From positions 349,060,001 to 349,124,000 of the forward strand of contig OZ024741.1 in NCBI GenBank assembly GCA_964016885.1: 64,000 nt of DNA, read 5' to 3'. The translations under genes and the position numbers were made by a program. The first letter of the stretch is position 1, and every line of letters begins with the position of its first letter. Shown here piece after piece: positions 15,303-29,497 of this stretch. Source of the DNA: Eledone cirrhosa. Its lineage: Eukaryota. The notes below the pieces were generated by a model, which had not been told where the DNA came from, made no database searches, and saw only the letters and a list, made by a program, of their open reading frames with translations.

Positions 15303-15352
15303 GAACTGCAGACACTAATGTTTCTGGTTATTACCTTTCATCAGTAAAGCTC
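15303..15352 (-). ncRNA. Type I hammerhead ribozyme (454-nt unit family)
   Basis: gagcttta CTGATGA aaggtaataacca GAAA ca ttag tg TC tgcagttc. Confidence 0.75.
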
Positions 15353-15695
15353 ACTGTTCACTTGCCAAATTGTCAGAGCTAATGAAAATATATGCTATTT
15401 TCAAAAATACACAGTGACAGATCGCCCTGAATTTGCATATTAGCAGACTGACTAATCAGTCAGATCTGCATATTAACAGCCAGATTTGCTCATCAGCCAG
15501 ATTTGCATATCAGCAGACTGGCCAGTCAGTTTCCTGTATACGAGCGATAAATGGCCGGCTTTGCCAAATTTAAAAAAAAAAAAAGAAAAAAAGAAAATTT
15601 CGCTCTACATGGCTGAATACAATAAATGTAACAGAACTGCATTTTGAAAATAGCATATATTTTCACTAGCTCTGACAGTTTGGCAGGTGAACAGT

Positions 15696-15744
15696 GAGCT
15701 GTACTGATGAAGGGTGATACCCAGAAGATTAGTGTCTACAGTTC
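15696..15744 (+). ncRNA. Type I hammerhead ribozyme (454-nt unit family; this copy damaged at GAAA)
   Basis: gagctgta CTGATGA a gggt gat accc a GAA gattagtg TC tacagttc, with an 8-bp stem I. Confidence 0.7.
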
Positions 15745-15922
15745 TGTTCGCATACCAACACAAGAGCAAGAATGAAGTGTTCATTCTACTGACATGACTA
15801 TAAAATTGAGACTTGTTTACATAATTACAAACGATGTTATTATTAATATTCGAAAAATTCAGATTACATTTATTGTATTCAGCCATGAAGAGCGAAATTT
15901 TCTTTTATATATATATATATAA

Positions 15923-18190
<2,268 letters not shown>

Positions 18191-18212
18191 TATATATATA
18201 TATATATATATG

Positions 18213-18360
18213 AAGGTGCATGTCTTAGTAGTTAGAGCGTTGGATTCGCAATTGGGTTGTGAGTCGGATTCCCGGACTGGATGATGCGTTGTGTCCTTGA
18301 GCAAGACACTCTATTTCACGTTGCTCCAGTTTACTCAACTGTAGAAATGAATTGCGATGT
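18213..18360 (+). mobile_element. tRNA-derived SINE (related to 4547-4830), 3' truncated
   Basis: Degenerate A/B boxes, then gtgtccttgagcaagacactctatttcacgttgctccagtttactcaactg. Confidence 0.7.
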
Positions 18361-18656
18361 TGATTGTTGTGGAGAAATGCGTGAAGATGATCAGCGTGAG
18401 TGTGGTGGTATCCCAAGGACTTAACACTAAAGAACTTAGCCTCCTCCTTAGACTGCCCTGCGACAGAGTATATCTAGATAAATACAGCCATAGCTGTTTC
18501 TCTCCCATTAAACCTGTAAGAGGTAGGCATCGCACCATCACTTCAATGGCCAAAAGTCTCCCTATTGAACGATAGAGCGGGTAGACCAGATAACGAGGGA
18601 CAGAGACCGCTGGTGAGAACTCGTCCATCGATCTCGGGAATTTTACTCACCCTAGA

Positions 18657-18707
<51 letters not shown>

Positions 18708-19191
18708 GAGAGGGAGAGAGAGATAAAAATAGAGATTAGATATATGAATATGTGTGGGGGTGAGTGTGTGTGTGTGACATTACTCAATGTGTTCGTATGT
18801 TTCCAGACGACTTAAATATCCCACACTAGACGCTCTGAATTCATCGTATTAACAGTCTGTATCTTGTATGTTATGTAGAAGGTTTTATTATATTTAAGTT
18901 GCGTAGATGGCTTTATTACATGAATAGACGGTTATAATATGTGTGTATAGGTTAGCTGCATAAGATTAATCTGTATTCTCATTTTACCAACGAACATATA
19001 CTAACGATTGTTCTGCTGATTACAACACTGTGAATAATATGATAAACTCATATGCTTTCACTCTTAATTTTTCTCATTATCTCTCTCACAAACACACACA
19101 GATACATACGCATACACACACACACATGTAAATTTCTTCGGATTCATTCCATGTAGCCGTTCTATTACTATAAACAATTCAAATGTATATA

Positions 19192-19243
<52 letters not shown>

Positions 19244-19313
19244 AAGTTTATATGTATGTATATTTGAATGTATATATAAATATTTACATATATGTGTGTG
19301 TGTATATATATAT

Positions 19314-19384
<71 letters not shown>

Positions 19385-19914
19385 TATGTATATATGTGCA
19401 TGCATGTATGAATGTATGTATAATGCATAGACACACATCCTCACAGATACGAAGTTTAGACGAAAGCAAAGGTTATAGAACACATGCACACGTAAAGAAA
19501 AATGCGTACACAAATGCACACTTAGAAATATCGTACAGACATATATATATATATATATATATATACGCACACACTCACACACCCATTCCTACACACACAC
19601 AAGCAGCCATAAAATAATTTAATCTGATCAAGTTCACACATCGATTCCATTTATATAAAAATACGGAACATTCTCGCACATATGTGTGTATATGCATTGG
19701 TTTGGTGTTGATATGTGCGTTTTCATATTGTATGATATTAATCGACACATCACCTCAGATGAGTAGACGGTTCATCAAAATGAAGTATCCTTCCGACGAA
19801 TCTGCGAGGATTATATGTTGTTGCGCATGTTGTTGCTACTACTATTGATGTTTTTGGTGAGGGTTTGGGAGGGGGGAGGTTTGGGTGTTGCTGTATTTAT
19901 CGCTCTTGTTTATA

Positions 19915-20190
19915 CTCAGATTAGTTTTGGACAAGCAGACTTATGATCAAAGCACTTCAAATATGACGATGTCTATATAATCAAATGTATCTTTCTTTTT
20001 GTTTTCTGACTTAAGTCGTTAAGTTGTCGTTTGTGAATGGGGCGTGGTATTTAGATACTTTATCTAGAAGGTCAAGTACGTCCTCTTCATTGCATTCAGA
20101 CATTATATCTAAAGCTACATAATCTAATGTCTTGCCTAATACTCTTTTCTTAAAACAGTGTGGTATATTTTGAGGGATATTTAACTGCTT
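19915..20190 (-). repeat. Interspersed repeat family (other copies about 25880-26040, 30860-31030, 33960-34070)
   Basis: Shared aaatatccctcaaa...cattagattatgtag...gtcatatttgaagtgctttgatcataagtctgct segments. Confidence 0.5.
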
Positions 20191-20471
20191 TATCAAGCAA
20201 CTCGAGTAAACATGCAGATACAAATTTGTTATGTTTAGATATAACATATATATGACTACATCATCTAATATGTCTATTTAATCAAATCCGCTACTGTATA
20301 TTTCCATGACGGTCCGTGCTCTAGCTACCTTACCGATTAACACGTAGTTATAAGAATTATTAATAAAAAAAATCTAAGTTGAACAAGGTTGTGTTATCAA
20401 TACATATAAAGTTTCCCCCTGTAAACAATTGTTTTTCGATTTGCTTCGTTTCTGTTCTTTATTAATGTTCT

Positions 20472-20547
<76 letters not shown>

Positions 20548-20554
<7 letters not shown>

Positions 20555-20915
20555 GTGAAACAGAAATAACAACAAAATCAGTACAGTATAGGGAAGGAAT
20601 ATATTATGTTAACGCTTGAAATAGTCGGAAGAGGGTCTTAACGTTTCGGACGCTAGTCCTTCATCAGAAGAAAGAATGAAATATTAAAAAGATTGAAGGG
20701 ACAGGTGGGTGGAATTGGAAAAAATGTTTTTAGAGAAAAATAACTGGTCCATTGATATTGATATCTCTTCGATAACTGTTGATGCTGGCGTTTTGAGTAT
20801 GATATACATTTTAAGAAAAATGGATGACGGAGCGCATCAACCTGAAATGGAAAAACCGTTTTGTATAAAGAGCTATACTTGTGCGCGTGCGTATACATAT
20901 GTGCGTGAGTGTTAT
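20548..20915 (-). mobile_element. 3' end of Poseidon-like PLE (same family as 47400-48390)
   Basis: The reverse complement aligns by eye with 48030-48390 (aacgccagcatcaacag; ctgatgaa..actagcgtccga; ttgttatttct..tt.cttttac). Confidence 0.65.
20636..20671 (-). ncRNA. Minimal type I hammerhead ribozyme (GAAACGTT type)
   Basis: tctt CTGATGA a ggac tagc gtcc GAAACGTT aaga. Confidence 0.85.
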
Positions 20916-21033
20916 ATATATATATACATAGCAAAGGTAAAAATGCTTATAACTTAAATATATGTGGAGAATTATATATGGTAGTATATAATGACCAAAC
21001 AGTTTAGAATTAGCTCAATGTGTTTATATATTA

Positions 21034-21058
21034 CTAGACCAGTCACGGGTCGTGACCC

Positions 21059-21106
<48 letters not shown>

Positions 21107-21287
21107 TTATGAAGGTACCCAGAAATCCGTGTATCTCGGGAACCCGTACTCCGATTTGAGTGAAACTTGTTTTATTCCATTTGTATTCCCATTTCAGCGG
21201 CTAATTTCAAAGCATTTTCCCATTATGCGCCGGTTTGGTTATATTAAATTACAGACAAGCACACAATCACAGAGCTTTAGTAGTATT

Positions 21288-21369
<82 letters not shown>

Positions 21370-21553
21370 TTTTCTAAATAAACAAACACCAACAACAACA
21401 ACACCGCACTACCACCACTACCACGCTCTATACCACCACTACCATTTGTATTCCTATTTCAGGAGCAACTTCCTTTCAAAGTATTTTCCCTTTATGCGCT
21501 GTTTTGGCTCTACTCATAATGCACACAATCACAGAGTTTTAGCAGTATATAGA
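21034..21553 (-). mobile_element. Non-autonomous Helitron
   Basis: The minus-strand 3' end has hairpin acgggtc-ac-gacccgt, then gactggt CTAG|T (21034). 5' ends A|TCTATATACTGCTAAA at 21553 and a second A|TCTAAATACTACTAAA at 21291. Confidence 0.7.
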
Positions 21554-22132
21554 TTGGTCTGAAGAAAAGGAGAATTTGTTAAGGGGAAAAATTGGAAAGA
21601 CAGATATAAACACATTTAAACATTTTCCAGTGTATTATCAGTATCAGCACTATACAGAGAATTATCTAAAGGATGTTATGAGTAATTCGTATAAGCCAAA
21701 CAACAAATACAATCAAAAATCAATTAAAATTTATGAATAATGCACTTTCCTGAGAAGGATTTTAAAAATAATTTTAAAACAGAATATAACAGAATTCAGT
21801 TCCCACCTCAAAGAGAAATAGTGACATCATTAGTCTACCTATCGGCATTAAACTTTTACGTCTCAAATAAAGAAAAAATATATATATATATAATAACAAA
21901 ACTAAATTAAATATCTCATGACTCAGAATATCAGAAACATGCGTCATATCACCTGTAGAATAAGTTCAAAGATTCTGAAGAATAAATCCGAGCATTTAAT
22001 AAATTAAAAGTCGATTGACATCTAAACTATAATAAAGTAAGGAGCGCGGGACTGCGTACAGTTTATAATTTGTTATCCCCTTAGTAAAATAAGTTGGATT
22101 ACTTTGAATAAATAATTGTTTCTACTTTAGGC

Positions 22133-22292
22133 ACAAGGCCAGCAATTAACCAGTACATTACTGGTACTTTATTTTATCGACCCCGTAAGGATGAAAGGCA
22201 AAGTTAACCTCGGCGGGATTTGAACTCAGACTGTAAAGGGACGTAACTATGCTACAAAGCATGGCGTCCGATCCTCTACCCATACTGCCAAT
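22133..22292 (-). mobile_element. tRNA-derived SINE (octopus-type)
   Basis: Same consensus as 11220-11412. Confidence 0.85.
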
Positions 22293-22667
22293 TCACTTTG
22301 AATAAATAATGAATGAATATTACATAATTTATCTACTAAATTTCGTGGCTGTTCATTAAATATATTTTATTACTTATTTAAAGATTAACTTCAACACTTC
22401 CGGTTAGCGATCGTTTGAATAAATATTCATATATTTCTGTCACTAATTTTCTCCTAATGCGGTATATATATAATATCGTCTTTTTTTAATGTATCGGGGA
22501 TTACGTTACTAATTACATAAGACAGTGAGTGTAACACAATCTTCATTCAATTTATGTGTATATTGTCAATTATGATTTTAGTTGATCATATCTACATGCA
22601 TATATATAATATACACACTACACTTGCTAGCAGAAAACCATCCAAAAGGTGGTTTTTCTGCTAGTAT

Positions 22668-22837
22668 ATATATAAAATAAACATATCAAACATTGACAGG
22701 AGATAATTTGTAAAAAGTGTAAACACACATTGTTACGGAGGTAAATTTTCCGTAAATATGTGTTTACACTCTTTACAAATTATACCCTGTCAATGTTTGA
22801 TATCGGTATTCAATATATATATGTCAATCGACTTTTA

Positions 22838-22840
<3 letters not shown>
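22668..22840. repeat. Short fold-back element related to the ends of 8715-9585
   Basis: aaaataaacatatcaaacattgacagg...ttacgga / tccgtaa...cctgtcaatgtttgatat. A small hairpin ctagcagaaaacca..tggtttttctgctag lies just upstream (22626-22664). Confidence 0.7.
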
Positions 22841-22923
<83 letters not shown>

Positions 22924-23023
22924 TGAATGCATTTTCATGATATCATCTATATTTGGATTACATTGAGTTCTTCATACGGATTGGACACTACCGTTTATTT
23001 TGGTAGATTTATCTACACACACG

Positions 23024-23171
<148 letters not shown>

Positions 23172-23177
23172 TATATA

Positions 23178-23552
23178 GTTAAAAGAATAGAGGTGTAACA
23201 CACAAGTTATTATATATTGGTAAACGGAATAGAAAATGCTGACAAATTGTTCACAGTTGAAAAATGGTTTAATTAGGAATAAAAGAGTATTAGTAATTGT
23301 ATGGGTTAGTATTCAGTTGTGGTTTTAAGTTTTTAAGTTTTTACCAGTTGCGCATTTCTAAATGCTTTTCAAAAATAATTTTGAGATAGAGTGTCCGTGT
23401 TGTTTGCTCTGATCAGAGCAAACAACACGGTAAAACCTTAAAAACTTAAAACCACAACTGAATACTAACCCATACAATTACTAATACTCTTTTATTCCTA
23501 ATTAAAACATTTTCAACTGTGAACAATTTGTCAGCATTTTCTATTCCGTTTA

Positions 23553-23560
<8 letters not shown>
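23178..23560. repeat. Fold-back PLE-like end with nested 36-bp palindrome
   Basis: Arms 23213-23345 and 23429-23560. The centre includes ccgtgttgtttgctctga|tcagagcaaacaacacgg. A partial HHR 3' half GAAA TGCGCA lies on the minus strand near 23350. Confidence 0.75.
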
Positions 23561-23587
<27 letters not shown>

Positions 23588-23592
23588 ATTAA

Positions 23593-24240
23593 AAAATTTC
23601 GCTCTACATGGCTGAATACAATAAATGTAATCTGAGTTTTTCGAATACTAATATTAACATTCGATTCGTTTGCAATTATGCAAACAAGCCTCATTTTTAA
23701 AGCCATGTCAGTAGAATGAACCCTTCATTCTTGCTCTTGTGTTGGCATGTAAACAGAGCTGTAGACATTAATGTTCACTGTTCACATGCCAACTGTCAGA
23801 GCTAGTGAAAATACTGACAGGCCAGTCAGTTTCCTGTATACGAGCCATGTAGAGGGAACATTTTCTTTTTTCATTTTGAATGTGGCTAAGCCGGCCATTT
23901 ATCGCTCGTATACAGGAAACTGACTGGCCCGTCTGCTGATATGCAAATCTGGCTGATCAGTGGATCTGTTAATATGCAGATCTGACTGATCAGCCAGTCT
24001 GCTAAAATGCAAATCAGGCCGATCAGTCACTGTATATTTTAGAAAATAGCATATATTTTCACTAGCTCTGACAGTTATCAGGTGAACAGTGAGCTTTACT
24101 GATGAAGAGTGATAACCAGAAACATTAGTGTCTACAGTTCTGTTTACATGCCAACACAAGAGCAAGAATGAAGGGTTCATATAATTGCAAACGAATCGAA
24201 TGTTATTATTATTATTCGAAAAACTCAGATTATGTTTATT
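23593..24240. mobile_element. Second copy of the 454-nt HHR element, fold-back
   Basis: 23593-23845 antisense (internally deleted) and 23843-24240 sense. The sense arm crosses the same unit end/start junction as 15560-15630. Confidence 0.85.
24091..24140 (+). ncRNA. Type I hammerhead ribozyme (454-nt unit family)
   Basis: gagcttta CTGATGA agagtgataacca GAAA ca ttag tg TC tacagttc. Confidence 0.75.
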
Positions 24241-24847
24241 TTATATATATATATATACAGAGATATCCACGGTAAGTTGTGGGGTCTAGTCTGCCTGAAG
24301 AACTCAATGTAATCCATATGTTGAAAATGTTGTAGGTTAAAATAAACAAAAAAACATTAAAAGGAAAACAGAGTCATGATATAAGTTAAAACAATGAAAT
24401 AAAAAATCAAGTCATTAGAAATAGACTTCACTGCTTTACGATCGTTTCTAGGTGATGATAATACATTGTAACTATACTTCGATATCGATCTACGTAAGGT
24501 TAGTTACAAAATATCAGATAAAGAGAATATTTACTTACATGCATATCATCAGCTGTTGTCAAAAGCAATAATAACTTTATTCAAAATTAGTAGTAAAATA
24601 GTATTATGTTTAGTTCTATGACCTTGTTTGGAGGTAGTTATAAATATGTGAGATGGTGAGATGTGTGGTTGCAAATATATCTTCTTAAAGACTCCAATAG
24701 CATTTTTAACTAATCTCTCTCTCCCTCCACCCTCTCCCTCTCTCCATTTATATATACTTATTATATATTCATATATATAATAAATTACACCGTAGAAGAA
24801 TCATTTTAACCGTTTAAGACCAGAAACAATTCTATTATATTAACTAA

Positions 24848-25008
24848 TCGGACGCCATGCTTTGCAGCAAAGAGTTACGGCCCTTTATGATCTAAGTTCA
24901 AATCCCGCCGAGGTTAACTTTGTCTTTCATCCTTACGGGGTCGATAAAATAAAGTACCAGTAATGCACTGGGTAATTGCTGGCCTTGTGCCAAAAGTAGA
25001 AACAATTA
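24848..25008 (+). mobile_element. tRNA-derived SINE (octopus-type)
   Basis: gttcaaatcccgccgaggttaactttgtctttcatccttacggggtcgataaaataaagtaccag. Confidence 0.85.
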
Positions 25009-26543
25009 TCTTAACTAATCGTTAATTTCTTAATAGTGAAGTCTACTATAAAGTATCCAAAATAATCGACTCACTTCGACTTTGTAATTGACAAAAATCC
25101 TCAATCGGAAACTGAATAAATGTCCAAAGTCCCTCTTCCAAGATATAATGGCTGGAAGTTCGACACACTGTGACAGATCAGGTCAAAAGCAGAACAAACA
25201 TATTTTTTCTATTTACATATTTCTTCCTTTCCTTTTTTTCTCCTTTTTGCTAAGCTACGGCACACGGTTTCTATCTGTCTCTTACTTTTCAGTCGCAGCA
25301 ACTTGGTTTATGGCATTTTTTCATCTCATTTGTGTGATTCTCCGGACGACACAACTCTCATGTGTCTACCTGCTTTGTAGCCCCCCAATATGTACTGGAA
25401 TAAATAGTAAGAACCTTTGAACACCGAAACTATAGTGATTTCCAGAAGTTGACTGAAGAGAAGCAGTTTCATTGTTTTTTCCGTTGTATTTGTCTTCTGC
25501 GCCCCATGATATATATATATGTATATATATATATATATGTAGAGAGAGAGAGGGGGAGAGAGGGGGAGATAGATAGATAGATATACATGTGCGTTTGTGC
25601 ATGTGTACACAAAATGTTAGCTATAATAATCAAGTCATTGTTTTGGGGAGATACAAAATAAAACTAGGGAAAGGATCTCTTCTGTCGTCTCGACATTGGA
25701 AATTTTTTTTTTTTAGTTGAACAACATCTCTTTCTTTGTTTGAAGACATTAAATAACAACTTCTTTTGACAACACAAAGGTCAGTCGAGGACATTTAATA
25801 AAAGAAAAATAAGAGTGCAAATAGCGCTTTGTTTTATTTTGCTTCGTTTTGTAATTTTTATTACTGCAGAAAATTGTGGTTATTGCTTTACTCCAGGTCA
25901 TTTTTATATGTGAAGTCTAATGATCAAAGACATTCCTGCAGTAACCACTCGGTCTTTTTCGTATTGTTCTAGGTCAACGTATTCCGTATATTGGCTTTAT
26001 TTAAAGACGGTTCAGTGTGATTTAAAGATTTGGCCCATCAACACCATACAGCATCGAACATTGGCTCAATAATCATATATTGCTAATAATTATGCTGTTC
26101 GTAAATATGTTATTCTGTAACCTATAACATGAACCTATATTGTGCATTAAATAATAAATCCAGTTGAAATTTTAGCAAATCGTGTTGTAACGTAGAAACT
26201 CCTTTGTTAGCAGATTAGTTGACAATTACTTGGTGATTTTCCTGAATGCCCATGTAGTTTGGGCTTAACATATTTCTCCGTCATCATGCTCCTGTAAGAG
26301 GTAAAGTATAAAAGAGCTTGTATCTTTAACTGTTTTCTATATGGATAATATTTTTCTGAGAGATACAACTTTATCATACACTTCGGCTGTTACCGCACTT
26401 TTCACTATACATCTTAATTAATTACCAACACTAGTGCTAATTATACGCAAATTAACATATCCATTTCAGAAAAATATTAAGAGTGAATGGATATATATAT
26501 ACGCATTAATTGTATTACTTGTGTTTGTTCGGATGATATGCCC

Positions 26544-26588
26544 GTCTTCTGGGGAGTGTTCAATGAAATTCGAAAATCGGTTAAAGAT
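26544..26588 (+). ncRNA. Degenerate hammerhead motif
   Basis: gtctt CTGGGGA gtgttcaatgaaattc GAAA atcggt TA aagat. Core A6 is mutated. Confidence 0.4.
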
Positions 26589-26739
26589 GTTTATCATTTT
26601 GTCAATTGAGAGTGAAATACCTATTTTCTGTCATGCTTACATGGCTCCGAATTAGATATGTGTATATATTTATAGCCGAGTGTGCAGTCTCGGTTACACA
26701 CTCTGGATTTACACAGATATAACTTTATCATACACTTCG

Positions 26740-27490
26740 GCTGTTAGTGCACTTGGTCGATATCCGGATCCATCCCACACGCGAAAACAGTTGTTGGAGA
26801 TAACTCAACAAGTCATTATTGCATGGACACTGGACGAGTACATGGAAAGTGGTTTCGTCACACTGCGTGCATCCTGGACAAGTCCGTCTGACCGCACTTC
26901 TATACCTGTAGAGTTTATCTCGAATCTGCAGTGACCCACGGTAGCACTGCCAAATGAGGGATTTCTGGAAGTTATCCATAATTCCCTGCTCGAAATTTCT
27001 CCGGAACAGACTGGTCAGTTCGATTTCGTGGACGTCCAGAGCATCTCCGAGAGCGTCGTAACAATTGTTCTCAACTAATCTACTATAGAACTCTAGAGTG
27101 GAATACCCACTGACCATATTACTTGACTGCAAGAGGCGCCCTGTCTCGGTTTCTTTTTGACCCAGGACTGAGAGCTTCGTCAAAAAGACGAATTACGGAA
27201 ATACATGTCTCACAAACGACATCCACACCTGTTCACAACTTAAGAATATCTGAAGATGCCATTGACTCAACGCATGTTTGTGCATCATCAGCAAACGCAT
27301 GGCCAGCCCTTCGCGTAAAGGGTGCTGGCAGCAGATGAATCACTTCACCATTGGAACCTGTCTCTCCGACAAGAAGTTGAAAAGCAGGCATTCCAATTTG
27401 GTGAGATGCGAAAGGGTCCAAGGCACGATGGCCAGGCGATAAAAGATGACAAGATCGATATACGCGTTCGCCACCTGCCGCAGAATGTTG
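26740..27490 (-). mobile_element. Decayed Tx1/L1-clade LINE ORF2 fragment
   Basis: AEVANAYI..VIFYRL, CCQHPL, MDNFQKSLIWQCYRGSL..RDKLYRY..CPGC..CDETTFHVLVQCP, homologous to 40278-43151. Confidence 0.85.
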
Positions 27491-27494
27491 CTGC

Positions 27495-28480
27495 AAAAAT
27501 TTCGAAGATATTTCTTAGCCTTCGAAAGCCTCCAGAAGTCAACAGATCGTCCATCAAGGCCAGGTTCTTTCCAAGTTTCATCCGTTTAATAGCACTGCCA
27601 ATGTCAGCTTGTGAAAATAGATCAGAACTCATCAGGTTTTTTTTTTTTTAAAGAAGAGTGATGACAGTATTGTCATAGGATTGATTGTCATCTGGGTTCA
27701 GACGTGTAGAGAAGTGGGTTTTCCAGGTGTTCAATCTATCATTACCTTGTTTGAAAGTGACTCCAAACTTTTTTCCCAGAAAGCTCATGCACAAGTATTC
27801 GTGTTTGTACGTGCTCACGCGCGATGCTAAAGTCATATAACTTGAAAGTGTTATTAAATCTCTCTTCTTTCCATTGACGGTTGTTTGACGTTGATTTATT
27901 CCAGCTGCAGTCTGTTTGTTGACATTTGATCTAAAAGTTGCTTTACAGATGGAGAGAACTTCAATGTAATCGACACTAGTATGTTTGATAGCTAGTTTTG
28001 GAAGAAGCTTTTTTTTTTTGACACTGATGCAGATTTCCAGGAATGCTTGGTAAGATTGTTGGGAATGCTTGGTAAGATTGTTGGGAAACAGGGAGATTCT
28101 CAAAGTGTAGTGCAATTGTGTTGTCAATATCTCTGGCTATTGTTAGATTATCTTTAATTGTACGCCAGTTGGGGTTTTTATGAGATACAGTGTTTGGCTT
28201 TCGGACACTCAATTTGTGTTGATGCAATACGATTGTCACATCCCACGGGGTGAGATGAGTTAAAAATCTGTCATGTCATCTTTTGCGGTATAGACAAAAA
28301 TCAATCTTTAATTCAGTTCTTGTGGTTCCCACATCCACAATTTCTTTCGAGGGTTTTGGAAGGAGATATTACCAATAATTAGATTGTTGATGTTGACAAA
28401 ACGAGAAGATATTCACCACAAGTATTGGTCAGGATGTGATATGGGAAGTGACCAGTAACCTGCGCATTGTAGTCACCTAC
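27495..28480 (-). mobile_element. Decayed RTE-like LINE fragment (endonuclease C-terminus to RT start)
   Basis: KNPRKKLWMWE...KIDFCLYRK and SAIKRMKLGK.PGLDG..VDFWR pieces across frameshifts. Confidence 0.55.
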
Positions 28481-28544
28481 CAAAACATATATAAATTTAT
28501 TGTATACTTCGGCTAATCAGAACACAACTAAGCTCGCAATCCAA

Positions 28545-28675
<131 letters not shown>

Positions 28676-28839
28676 CTGTTTTATATATATATATAAACAA
28701 AGAGTTATATGGTTTGTTGATTATCATTCAACAAAGTTATTTTTATAACAGATTAGAAGCACTCTACGGTTTTATCTGGAGTATTATTAATATTAACAAT
28801 ATTAATAAATGGAAAATATCATTTATAATACCATATTTA

Positions 28840-28895
28840 TTTTATTATACGTATTTCAAGGACACAAAGTTTTTGTGTGCTTTCATCAGATAAAA
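28840..28895 (-). ncRNA. Minimal type I hammerhead ribozyme (relative of the 2.8-3.0 kb family)
   Basis: ttttat CTGATGA aagcacacaaa aac tttgtgtcctt GAAA T-ACGT-A TA ataaaa. The flank shares agaagcactctac.gttt with 2717-2733. Confidence 0.85.
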
Positions 28896-29062
28896 TATAT
28901 TTGGTGTTAAGATATTGATATACCTTAGCATAATCTTAATAGTATAAGCTCACTAAAAAACAAGAAGTGTAAATCAATAGGTTAAAATTAACTTCGTTTA
29001 TTCATATTCGCAGAAATATATAATTCGGTGATAACCATTATTCAACAGGTATGATCTTTATA

Positions 29063-29117
<55 letters not shown>

Positions 29118-29311
29118 TTAGGTTTGAAGGTTCACCACTGGATAGAGCTGGTCATTCCGTATGGTCAATCATGATGTAATAATATGGAGAGTACTCAACG
29201 TAAAGCAGCTCAACCGTCTTCGTTTGTGTAGTTGGTGGTGCGAGTACGGAGTTAATTATTATAATAAAATAACAGGAGGCTGGACTTGTGTAAATCCTTG
29301 AGAGGTTTATT

Positions 29312-29369
29312 ATACTATGATCATTTCAATGACCGGGTTCCGTATGAATCCGGTGATATCATCAGGTAT
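29312..29369 (-). ncRNA. Minimal type I hammerhead ribozyme
   Basis: atac CTGATGA tatc accgg...ccggt catt GAAA T-GATC-A TA gtat. Confidence 0.7.
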
Positions 29370-29497
29370 TTGAAATATAATAAATGAATGTAACAGATAA
29401 AATCCATGGGGCTGAAAATCATACACCCGAGGAGGACCGACCATCTAGCATCTTCCACTTTAGCCGGTCGCCCTCAAATATATATATATATATATAT

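Larger units (their letters stand above)
15167..15905. mobile_element. Non-coding HHR element with 454-nt tandem unit, fold-back arrangement
   Basis: aataaatgtaac at 15167 and 15621 gives a period of 454. 15642-15905 is an inverted copy. HHRs at 15303-15352(-) and 15696-15744(+). Confidence 0.85.

Noticed and set aside
20011-20247. 78-aa ORF with protein-like composition as a host exon
   Set aside because: Overlaps a dispersed repeat family with other copies in the window.
24432-24567. Minus-strand CTGATGA ... GAAA CGATCG TA
   Set aside because: The palindromic stem III is suggestive, but stem I and the base of stem II do not pair. At best a decayed HHR, so not called.
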